NCBI RefSeq assembly: GCF_009914755.1
Contig: NC_060932.1
DNA length: 64,000 bases
Reading direction: 5' to 3' (one strand)
From: the human T2T-CHM13v2.0 reference genome, Homo sapiens
Part shown: one piece after another, positions 14,327 through 26,672 of the stretch
Layout of the letters: each line of letters starts with the position of its first letter
Position numbering within the stretch: position 1 is the stretch's first letter
Notes under the pieces: generated by a model
What the model saw: the letters and a program-made list of their open reading frames with translations, nothing else
Database searches by the model: none
What the model was told of the DNA's origin: nothing
Translations under genes and position numbers: made by a program

Positions 14327-16314
14327 AAGAGATAATGCTTTAAGAGTAGTGTATTTTAAACATGGTCTAAACTCCCCTGGACCTTGTTTCTACTGAATTC
14401 CACTGTTTTCTAGAGAAAGGGGCTTGAAACTAAAGTACAAGCAGGAGTCCAGTGTTACTAGGATGAACAATTTATGTAGAACATCTCCAACTTTAGGAAT
14501 AAAGCTTCTTTAATTTATTTCCAATAATTAAAGACTTTTCCCTGATGCATAGGTGCAATGCTATTGATAAGTACAGTCCACTTTCCTAAGGTCTTTGTCC
14601 CAAGGTGTCTTTTTCAAAACTGGCCCAGAAAGGCAAACAATAGTAAAAAGAGGATGCCTCTCTGTCTAAATCATAGCCATTTATTTTGTAGTAAATATAA
14701 CACATGGAAATCCATCCATCTAAACCTACTAAGCTCCAGCAATATTACAGTGAAACTAGCTCCAAAACAGAAAAAAAAATAATGTTGATAGCTCAAGTTG
14801 AAATGGATTGAAAATTAAATTTGCCAAGCACCTGGAGAGATTACTAAAAATAAAAAAGACCAAATGTTGCATTCCATTAAAGGACATAATAGGTTTCAAA
14901 GAGAAGACTATTAAGCCGGGTATATTGAAATTGAGCTATTTATAGACTAAAATCTCCTGAGTTTGTCAATAGCTTTGCATTTCCCTTTGAAATTAAGCAG
15001 CTTCTCTTACACGTCTCAGGCTTGGACCCAGGTATCCACAAATGAGTTAATAAAAGCCATAATTAAGGATGATTCAGGAGGGATATTTTTTCATATTCCT
15101 CATATTATGGGTTGCTCATTAACCATCATAATGTTTAGGCTTTGGGGGAGCAACAAGATCAATGGGAGAAAGATGACAGATCAAAAGGATGGAATTTCCT
15201 GTGCTCATTTTCCTATAGCATTGACAGAGTAAATTTTGCTTTCAAGCCCTGGTTTGCATCAGCCTGGTAGCCAGAAGAACACCAGGAACAAAGGGAAAAC
15301 AAAACAACAAAAGCCCAAACAGACAATGCCAAGGAAAGATTTCAGAAGCAGCGCTCGTCTATTCTTCCCCTATCTTTAGTCCAAGCCAGCATCTGCCCCC
15401 AACACGCGGCAGCAGAAGAGTCCTGTGTTCATCGCTTACTGTCGGCTAACACCACCTTTGCTTTGATTCTCTGGGCTTTGAGGTATTTTACTGCACATAC
15501 ACACACAGACACAAAAAGTCAAATTTCTACAGGGCAAACTCCAGCTGATGCTTTTTTCAGAACTTTTTTTTTTTCCTTGTCTTCTTGTCTTTTTCCTGTA
15601 TACATTTCTTCGGCACACACTTTACTTCTCTCTCGCCTTTTCTCTTTTAGAGCTGCCATCCCTAACTGGTCATTCTTAGTCAAGAGATGACTAAGTTCTG
15701 TGAGGCATTTCCCTCTGGGAACCTTGCCTCAGTGTGTGCTGGCTTGAATTGCAGGCTGGCTCCATTTTTGATAACTTCTGAACATAATGTATTATCATCT
15801 AGGGATAGAGGAAGCCAGTGGCATTTGGACTGAGCAGCTCAAGGAACATATTTTTCAGATGTATTGGATTTTGCAAAGTCCGCATGGATTTCGCCCCATA
15901 GGTATACTACTTATTTATTCTTTTAATTTCCAGGCTTTTGTGGACTCAAGAGGGCCTGGATCCACAGGAGCCAATTATGCTGAAGCCTTTTTAAGTTCAG
16001 CTTAAAGCCTAAGATGCAAAGAAGAATCTTCTGAACTTTGTGAGAAACAGTTTATTGCCAACATGTTAAACAACTGTGTTTAAAATCCAGTACTAAGCAA
16101 AGGATAAGTATGAAGTAACATATGTTGATGTACACATGTGTCACCTTTTGCTGTGGAAGCAAGGAAACCCAAAATTTCAGTTGTTTATACCACACACATT
16201 TATTTCTCAGTCCTAGGTTCTTGGGTTGGCTGTGGCTCTCCTGGGCTTGGCTTCAGCTTGGGTTCAAGTCTATTTCACTAACCCTCATTCTGGAAACCAG
16301 ACTCAAGAAGCATT

Positions 16315-17389
16315 TGAGATGGAGCAAACACCCCTCCAAGGGCCTACCAGGTACCCCCAAAATACATAGCATGGAAATAAAGGAAAATCTTCAGTTCCTT
16401 CAGGGAGCATAGCTAGCCCTGAGTAGTAAATGAGTAACTTGATGTGCAAGAAGGTAATAGTAGCTTAAAACAATAGCCAAGGAATACTAGCTTAAAACAA
16501 CTCAGGGACATATGTTAGAGTTACAAGATGTTTTGTTTCCTGTAAAAACTAAAGATAACATTTTTTCTTTTTTTTAAAGACTATCTCTCTCTGTTACCCA
16601 AGCTAAAGTGCAGCGGTATGATCGTGGCTCACTGCAGCCTCAAACTCCTGGGCTCAAGCAATCCTCCTGCCTGAGCCTCTTGAGTAGCTAGGAGTACAGG
16701 CAGGTGCCACTACACCCAGCTAAATTTTTTAGTTTTTAGTAGAGATGGGATTTCACTTTGTTACCCAGGTTGGGCTCTAACTCCTGATCTCAAGCAATCC
16801 TCCTGTCTCAGCCTCCCAAAGCACTGGGATTACAGGCATGAGTCACTACATCCAGCCAACATCTTAATACATGTCCTTGAGTTGTTTCTTAGAAACCCAG
16901 ACCACCACCAAACAGATCCCCTGGCACACAGATAAAGGGGAACTGAGGACTCAACTCTGATCACTGTTCTTTGTTCTAAATTTCCTCCTGACAGGCCTGG
17001 AAGAAGTCATGTCCATGAGCCAAAACTAACATTGTTTTATGCTGATCCCAAATTTTTAGACAAACCGTTGCCTCCTTAACCAATAGCAAAGTAGAAAATC
17101 TTTGAATCCATCTATGACCTGTGGGCCAGTGCTTTGAGATGCCCTGCCTTTTTAGATCAAACTAATGTGTAGCATCCATGCATTGATTTATGACTTTGCC
17201 TGTAATTTCTGCTTTCCTGCCTTTAAAAATCCTTATGTAGCCATTAGAGAAGTCAGGTCCAGAGCATGAGCTGCTCAATTCTTACTTGGTGCTCTGCAAA
17301 CCTCTGCAAACCTCTCCCACAGCAAACCTCAGTGTGGATGTTTGTCCTTACTACAACAGGCACGCAGAACCCAGCTTAGTTTGGTAACA
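16315..17389 (+). mobile_element. ERV1 (MER4-group, possibly MER66-like) solo LTR containing an AluJ
   Basis: Begins TG ('tgagatggagc'), ends CA ('ttggtaaca'); 4-bp flanks catt/cctt; subfamily recalled from memory. Confidence 0.7.
16561..16857 (-). mobile_element. AluJ
   Basis: Reverse Alu with J-type 'ctcactgcagcctcaaactcctgggctcaagcaatcc'; flanks aacatttt/aacatctt. Confidence 0.9.
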
Positions 17390-17569
17390 CCTTCACTATC
17401 TGGGGCAAGCTGTTCTGGTGACAAAAGACTGAAGCTCAGGAGGGTAAGTGGAAACATGGATTCCTCTTAAATTCTTTCCTTAAAACTGGTACAACATCCC
17501 TGCCATCCACATTTCCTTGTTCCAAGCATGCCATAGGACAAAGCCAAAAGTCAATGGGGCATAAACGGT

Positions 17570-18345
17570 TGGTATGATAAAAAATAAATAAATATTTGGT
17601 CTTTGTACCAGGTTCCTGGCATATAGCTCTTAAAACCCTTGGAATTTACTCTCTTTTGTATGCTAATGAGAAAACTGATTGGCGGGGAGGGGGAGGTGTG
17701 GGAGGCAGGTCTAGATAACTTCAAGATGGGCAGGCTGTTCCCCAGGACACAAACCATCTATTAAGGAGTTAGAACTTTTAGCCTTACCACCCTGGGATGG
17801 AAGAGAGACTGGTAATTACATTCAATCACCAAGGCCGAATGGTTTAATCAATCATGCCTATGTGATGAAACCTCCATGAAAACCCTAAACAATGAGGTTC
17901 CAGCAGTTTCTGGGTTGATGAACACATCCGTGTGCTAGGTGGGTGGTGTTCATACCCAGATTGGCTATGGAAACTCTGTCTCCCCACCCTTACTTTCCTC
18001 CATGCATCTCGTTTATTTGGCTGTTCCTAAATTATATCCTTTATCATAAACCAGTAATCATAAGTGATGCACCTTCCTGAGTTCTGTGTCATTCTAGCAA
18101 CTGCACCTGAGGGGAAACAATTCATTTTAATCCCAGAATTGGAAGTGTGGGTAGCCTAGACACCCTATCTTGTCCCAGCTGGTGTTCAAAGTGGGCACAG
18201 TTTTGAGGGACTGAGCCCTTAACCTGTGAGGTCTGTGTTAATTATGGGTAATGTCAGAATTGAATTGAAATGATGAACAACAGATTAGTGTTGGAAGAAT
18301 AGCTGGTATTGGAATAATATATTTGGTGTCTGAAAACACCATGCA
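17570..18345. mobile_element. MER21-like LTR
   Basis: 'ggttcctggcatatagctcttaaaacccttggaattt...ttaatcaatcatgcctatgtgatgaaacctcca...gggactgagcccttaacctgtg'. Confidence 0.75.
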
Positions 18346-18425
18346 GAAGAGTATTCTAACCACAGGGAAATCAGGCTTTAGGGATGAATGAATAAGTATG
18401 AACAAATCATGAAGTCTACCACAAG

Positions 18426-19162
18426 TCTCTGTGTTGTTTTACATTTCTTTGCTTTCTTAATTTTTTTTCATCATATAATTTGAGTGGCAGACAAGTCAGA
18501 GATGTGTGTGAGGCTTGAGAAAAAAAAACATGATATTCTTAGGGGACTCTTTTAAACATTCTTTAAGTACATGTCTTTATAATTATGCTTCCGTGATAAT
18601 AAGAGCTCTGATACCTACAGGATATCAATGGGCAAAATGCACCCATTGTGTAAGTGCATTGGAAAAGCTTAGCACTGTTGAGTATTGTCAAACTCCAATT
18701 TTCCAGTGCATTCCCTACTCAACTGTAGCAATGTCTCCTTCCTTAATAAAAATATCAACATCATTCAGCATTAGACTAAGGAACTCCTGTTTCCTAGTGA
18801 ACATTTCATATAACTTTAAATGATAAGAGAGATTTATGAGTATATATTTTGGGTCCCGAGTTAGGCTTCAAGAGCTTGAAGGAAGATGCTCCATCTTATC
18901 TATTCTGCGCATTTATGCAAAGTCTGGCTCATAGACAGTGGCAGGTGCATTTTGCCCATTGATATCCTATAGGTATCAGAGCTCTTATTATCATATAAGT
19001 ATAATTATAAAGACACGTACTTAAAGAATGTTTAAAATAGTCCCCTAAGAATATCACATATTTGTTTTCTCAAGCCTCACACACATCTCTGACTTATCTC
19101 CCACTCAAATTATATTATGAAAAAAAATTAAGAAAGTAAAGAAATGTAAAACAACACAGAGA
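18426..19162. repeat. Long inverted repeat: arms 18426-18643 and 18944-19162, 300-bp spacer
   Basis: Manual reverse complement of arm 2 aligns end-to-end with arm 1 with about 15 differences in 218 bp. Confidence 0.95.
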
Positions 19163-19599
19163 AGTCCAGCACAGTCCTGGGCGCTTTCCTTCCTTTAGCA
19201 ACTTTGATTCCCCTACAGCTCTGTAAGAGGAATATCAGAGCAGCACCTCCATCTCCAGTTGTCCCCATGAGGAAATAAAGACTCCGAGGCATAGTGTCTT
19301 AATGGCACAATTGGCAGGCAACAGAGCCACCAATTGAACTTAGTCCTGTACAACAAAAGCTTTTCTCTCTACTTGATATTTTTCCATAGCACTGGTCCCA
19401 GGCCACATCTCAAGGAACTAGCAACTCAGAAATGTTGTCATCAATAGTATGAAATCTATCAAATGTTACCCATATTTGAAAAAGAAAGAGTAAGGAGAAA
19501 GGAGCCTAGTGTTAGCTATCTCTGGCAAAAGTTACTGTTTATGACTAGGGTTCATTTGCTTATTTTCCAGAACCCTCTATGCACATTATGTTTAAGTAT

Positions 19600-19934
19600 A
19601 CAATAAACAACCCTCCAAAAGTTGGCAAATTTATAAACTGGAAACTAACCAAAGAAGATAAACAGGCTGGGTGCAGTGGTTCACACCCACTTTGGGAGGC
19701 CCAGACAGGAGGACTGCTTGAGGGCAGGAGTTTGAGACCAGCCCGGGCAACATAGTGAGACCTTGTCTCTATCAAAAATAAAAAACAATTAGCCAAACAT
19801 GTTGATGTGCACCTGTAGTACTCACTACTTGGGAGGCTGAGGAGGGAGGATCACTTGAGTCCAAAAGTTTAATGTTATGTTGAGCTACAATTGTGCCACT
19901 GTACTGCAGCCTGGATGACAGAGTGAGACCCCGA

Positions 19935-19994
<60 letters not shown>

Positions 19995-20810
19995 AAACAG
20001 ACGGCAAATAAGCACATGAAAAGATACCCAACATTATTAGCCAATTAGCCATTAGGAAAATGCAAGTTGAAATCACAGTGAGATACTGCAACACACATAT
20101 TAGAATGGCTAAAATGAACAAGACAGGCAATAACGAGTATTGAATGATGTAAAGTATAAAGTAACTGGAACTCTCATACACTGCATGCAAAGTAAAATTG
20201 TATATCCAAAACTACAATCACTTTGTAAAATAGTTTGGAAGTTTTTGAAAACTAGTATACAAACTATATAACCCAAATATTTGACTACTAGGTACTTAAG
20301 AAAAATAAAAACATATATATACAAAAAGTCATACATAAATGATCATAGCAGCCTGATTTGTAATAAGTCCATGCTGGAAACAACCCAAATGTCATCCATG
20401 GATGCATGCATAAACAAAGTGTGGACAATCCATTCAGTGGAGTACTGCTCAGCAAATGAACTGTAGAGTCACATAATATGTGTAACTATAGATATACATA
20501 ATAAAGGAATCCCAAAATAATTGTGCCCCCAGACCACCCAAAAAATTATATTCTTTCAATTTTATAAAATTCTAAACAATGTAAACTGATCTGTAGTAAT
20601 AGAAAGCAGCTCAGTGATTAGACAGGGATGGGAGGTGAAGACACATAAGGTGGAGGAACTACAAAAGGGCAAGACGAAACTTTTGCAGGTGATTAATGTT
20701 TATCATCTTGATTGTAGTGATGGTTGCATGGGTATCTATATATGTTAAGCTTATTAAATTGTACCCTTGAAGTAAGAAAAAATTTACTATCTGTCAATTA
20801 TATCACAAAA
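19600..20810 (+). mobile_element. Old L1M (MC/ME-like) 3' fragment interrupted by an AluJ
   Basis: 'ggcaaataagcacatgaaaagata...attaggaaaatgcaagttgaaatcacagtgagatac...ctggaaacaacccaaatgtc'. Confidence 0.75.
19665..19996 (+). mobile_element. AluJ with (GAAA)16 tail
   Basis: Dimeric Alu, small deletion near the 5' end; perfect GAAA repeat at 19933-19996. Confidence 0.9.
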
Positions 20811-20812
20811 AG

Positions 20813-21114
<302 letters not shown>

Positions 21115-22619
21115 AAGCTTTCAAAAACATTATATCGTATACGCATAGTGTAAAGAAAAATTATTTCAGACATGAAAACTTAGATCAGCGTCTGGCACAT
21201 TTTAAGCACTCTATACATGCTAAGACCTTGTGACTATTACTCTCACTGTTATTGAAAGGGATGTTGTGCTGTTTGCTGGCATTAAATATAATCTGTAAAG
21301 ATCTACTTTCTACTCTCTAAGGTAATTGCCTTCCTATGTCACCGATCAACCATGACAAAGTTGACAATATCTATGACAAAGCCTTAAGACTAACTCTGAC
21401 CAAAGAACATTCTCTCATGTCTACCTTTTGCACTGTGAGAGGTATATTAGGAAAATAGGATCTTGTCTGTGTGAAGCCAATTCTTTCTCCTGAGGAAGGC
21501 TTTTGATAATCCTTAACATGACACAGAGTTTTAGTGTTACTGAGCTCAAGAATGCTAAATAGGACTCGACAGTTTCTAAATGTTTCATTAGTTCGTGGGG
21601 AGCCAGAAGTGAAGCTAGCCTAGCTCAAAGATTCCTTACAATCCAGGTGTTTGGACAGTTGTGCCAATTTTTTTTCCAGATATTAAAGAAGATTATATTC
21701 TCATCACTTTTTTACTCATGCACTCATGCATGATGGTATTCTAATATCATTGCTAGGTTTTTTGACTTCATGGTGCACAAATTCCTGTTGAGACACAAAA
21801 GACTCTACAGGAAGCAGCCTTGAAAATGTAAATAGTTCGAGTTTCTCTTTAGGTTAGAACTGTGGGCAAGAAATAAACAAGTTTACTAAGAGCGCTAGCT
21901 ACTGGCCAGCAGCCACCAGCAGAATGAACGTAAGCTATGTTTTATGTGAGAATGTATAAGTTACTGCATTTGCAGATTAGGTCTGGGCTGATTGGTGATC
22001 AAAAAAATAAGGGAGCTCTCCCAAAGATAAGGCTTGAAGAACATCTGTGTTATCAATATATCTAAGCTTTTTAAATATACTACCCTGATAACTTTCATCT
22101 TCGTTATTTAATGACAAGATCTTTTGCTCCCAATTTTGTCTCCAATACTCCAATAGGCTCTCCACTTTACTGACCACTAGTAGGAGAAAGAGGCGGGGAA
22201 AGGTAAAATTCATGGTATCATTATCTTCACCATCAATTATTAATTTTGCTGATTTTTGCCCCCTTTTAGCAATTTCCTATATGAAAATTGAAAGGGAAGG
22301 TTGAATTCAGGATGCATTGAACATGATCCTTGTCTTTCTATTTAAAAATAAACAAAATGCAACCTCACTGAAGCCAGGGAAAGTATCTTGCTCACCATTT
22401 TATTTCCAGTACCTAGAACATGTCAGACCAAGAAACCAGTGTATGTAAAAGAGAAATAGAGAGACAACAATAACAAAACATCCCATTTTATACACAGTGA
22501 AACCGCTATTTATTCACCTCTACTTCTGAGATGGGGAAAATAAGAAACAGAGTATAAGTAATCTTCCAAAGAAGAGAAAGCAAGTAATTTGCAGAACCAA
22601 TATTTTTATAAGGAAACCT

Positions 22620-25225
22620 ATTATTGAAATATAAAAATACACAGAAATGTCCACGTATCCTAAATATCTAGCTAAATGAATTTTCACAAATTGAATACAT
22701 CTGTGTAACTACTACCCAGCTCAAAACATAGAAAATCACCTGCACTCCAGAAGTCTTCCTCACGCCCCATCCCAGTACATATTTTTCCACAAATTAACCA
22801 CTATTTGAACAACTAATATTAGAAAATAGTTTTTCTTGCTTTTGAACTTCCTATAAATTTAATGATAGTTCTTTCTGTGACTGACTTCTTTTGCTAACTA
22901 TGGTCCTTAGATTCCTATTTGTTGTATATGCAATATAGTTTGTTCAATCTTTTTGTATAATATTTTACTGCATAAATATACCACCTTACCACCATTTATC
23001 TGTTGTACTTCTGACAGACATTTAAATTTTTTCCAGTTTAGGAATACTGTAAATGATGCTACTATAAATATTCATGTACATGTGTGCCCATCCATTGGGT
23101 AAATACCTAGGAATGGAGATGTTGGGTCTTAGGGTAGGCATATATTTAGCTTTAACAGACATTGCCAGATTCCTGAAAGAACTGTTCCAATTTACACTCT
23201 CTCCAGTAGTGTATGAGAGTACCAGTTGCTCTATACTCTTGACAACACTTACAATTTTCAAATTTTTTTATTTTAGCAATATGGTGGGTGTGCTGCGGCA
23301 TACTACATTGTAGATTAAATTGCATACCCATGATGAGTTACGAAGTTGAGCCCCTTTAGTTTACTAGCCATATGGATTACCATTTTGTGAACTGCCTCTT
23401 CAAGACTGTTGCTCTTTCTCACTGGACTTTTTTCTTATTGATTTTTCCAGGACCTTTACATAGTCTAGATATGAACCCTTTGATGAAATGATGTATTACA
23501 AATATCTTCCTCATTTTATGGCTTGCCTTTTTATTTTCAAATATATATTTGATAAATATTTGATATATTTGATAATAGGTTTCTTTTTAACAGGTTTTAT
23601 TTTTATAAATCATTTATTTTATGGTTAGAACCTTTTCTGTCATACTTAAGAAATCTTTACCTGCTCTGCGATCGCAATGTTATCCTTCTATGTATGCTCA
23701 AAAACATTAACCATTCTATCTTTCACATTCAGATTTACAATCCATTTAAAATTGAATTTTGTGTATATGTGTGGTAAGGGTTAAGATGCATTCTTTTCCA
23801 TATGAATGTCCAATTTACCTCATACCATTTACTGAAGGAAAAAAGGCTACTTTTCCACCACTTCCTTGCAGTGGCAATTTTTCATAAATCACATAACCAT
23901 ATCTGTATGGGTCTCATTCGGACCCTTTAATTTGTTCCTTTGGCCTGATCATCTCTCCTTGCACTAATGCCACAGTGTTTTAATCACTGTAGCTTTATGC
24001 TAAGTCTTGATATCTGCTGAGGAAATACTTTTTCGCTCTCTTTTTTTAAGTTTGTCATAGATTTTCTTGGGCCTTATATTTTCTATATGAGTTTTACAAT
24101 CAAATTATCAGTTTCCAAAAACAAAACAAACAAACAAAAATTCTGCTAGAATTTTGATTAAGATAGTTTGAATTTAAATGATCAGCTTGGGGTGGAACTG
24201 ATTTCTTAAAAATTTGAGTTTTTGAATTCGCGGACATAGTAATTTCCTTTATTTATGTGTGTCTTCTCAAATTTATCTCAGGAAGTAGGTTTTAGTATAA
24301 AAACCATATTCATATTTTATTAGATCTATTCCTAAATAATTGATGTTATTTATGCCTCTATAAATTGTATTTTTAATAAATTTCAAATAAAATTTATTTT
24401 AGATGATATATTAAAACATAACTGATTTTTGTATGTTGACCTTAAATCCAGTGACCTCATTAAATTAGGTTACTATTCTTTTGCATTTTCTGTAGATTTC
24501 TTTGTATTTTCTCTTCACACACTAAGGCCTGTAGGACTAATGACAACTTAATTAATCCTTTTAAATCCTCACAACTTTCATTTCATTTTCTGACCTTTGT
24601 GCATTGTCTAAGGTTTTATTACACATTGATTAGAAGTGGAAATAAAGAAATCCTTACCTCAGTCCTCTTTTTAGTTGGTAGTAAGACACTATTAAAAAAT
24701 GTTTAGGTTATTTTTAGCTAAATACTGATCTTAAGAATATTTGTTTCTATCACTAATTTGCAATGGGTTTTTATTATGTATGACCAATAGGTTTTATCAA
24801 ATACTTTTTTGACTTTTTGAAAAATGAGTATATTATTTTTCTTTCTGTTTTTTTATACAGTGAATTCCATTGATTAATTTTTAAATGTTAAGCCAAAGAT
24901 ACAATCATAAAATAATCAAATTAGGTTGTTTTATAAAAGCATTACTACATATAATTACATATAATTGGCTAATATTTTACTAAAAATTTTGTATTTGTGT
25001 ACATGATTTACTGACCTTTAATTTTCTTTGGCTTTACTACACTGTCATTTTCCTAATATCTTGATTTTGATTTTTAAGTAATTAATTTCTAGTCTTTCTT
25101 TTTTAAAAAATGTATACATATGTGTATGTGTGTGTGTGTGTATATATATATATACCATAAACTGCACTCTGAAACAACTTTAGTTTCACTGCATAAATTT
25201 TGATAAATTCTATTTTTATTGTCAT
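22620..25225 (-). mobile_element. Old L1M (3'UTR plus ORF2 portion)
   Basis: T-rich antisense L1 text: 'aaatacctaggaatggag...ctgtagctttatgctaagtcttgatatc...gatttttgtatgttgaccttaaatcc'. Confidence 0.75.
25121..25153. repeat. (TG)n(TA)n microsatellite
   Basis: tgtgtatgtgtgtgtgtgtgtatatatatatat. Confidence 0.9.
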
Positions 25226-26241
25226 CCACACAGCAGGATTAAAATCCAGAATTTCTAATTACATTCTAGAATTCTTTCAACTGAAGGTGTAACACTGTTT
25301 TATTTCTTTGTCATCCACAAATAAATGGTTTTCAAACATTTACTTGAAAATAATTAAATATCAAAGGAAATTAAATTGCCATTTTTAGTTTGCAAAATCT
25401 GCTAGTAAGTGTGTCATGCTTGTTCTATCTTTCCTTATGTTTTTATGTTTAATACTTACTTACAGCAATCTTAGGGGGATGTGCCCTTTTACCCTCTCTT
25501 TAAAAATGAAGAAACACATGCATAAAGAGATTACATGATTGTGTCCATTCAACTAATAAATATGTAGCTGAGCCAAGATTTGAAGATGAACTTCCCAGCT
25601 CCAAAATCTGTTTTTATCTTCCATGCTCCCCTACTCTATGCTACCTCTACACATACCCCGTGCACTCAAGTCATGTCATCTAAGAATTAGAGCTAGAGCG
25701 AGTAAGGCACCTCAGACCCTTATGTCTTGCGGGTAAGAAAACGGTTCCAGAAAAGCTGCCTGGCTCATGCAAGGCCATTTTGCTAGTGAACGGTTGAACC
25801 AGAACCAACTCTAAGGTGTCCTAATTTCTAAGACAACCATCTTCCTGCTTTTGTAAATTGCATAATAGCTCACCTTTGAAGAACAGGCAGTAGTGCCACA
25901 CCATCAACAGTGCTTCCATGACCACGTAGTTCACCTGGTAGAAAACCTTAAGAAGAAATTCAAGGAGTTTGTCAGGATTCTTATTTTTTAAAAAAAGTAC
26001 AGAATACTGACATTAGTCCCCAATAGCTCCTTTACAATCTTTCAATAACTTCTTCAAGTTGTTCAAACAAAAGTTTTATTGTATCCCATTGGTAGTCACT
26101 AAGGGGAATTAATATGGAGAGTAGGTAATAAGAATTCCCAAGTTGCCAACAAGAGCATTTCCTGGAAATGCTAAAAACTGTTACCTTGGCTTAAACTTAA
26201 TTTCAGTGACCAGAATTCATTCAGGTATGTGAATTCTATGA

Positions 26242-26672
<431 letters not shown>

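Larger units (their letters stand above)
16140..17560. mobile_element. Old MaLR LTR (MLT1K/L-like) split by an ERV1 LTR
   Basis: MLT1-like text at 16140-16314 resumes at 17390-17560 ('ccacatttccttgttccaagcatgccataggacaaagccaaaagtcaatgggg'). Confidence 0.55.

Noticed and set aside
17293-17315. Short tandem duplications (ctctgcaaac x2; also 24947-24967 and 61420-61436)
   Set aside because: Ordinary slippage events inside repeats
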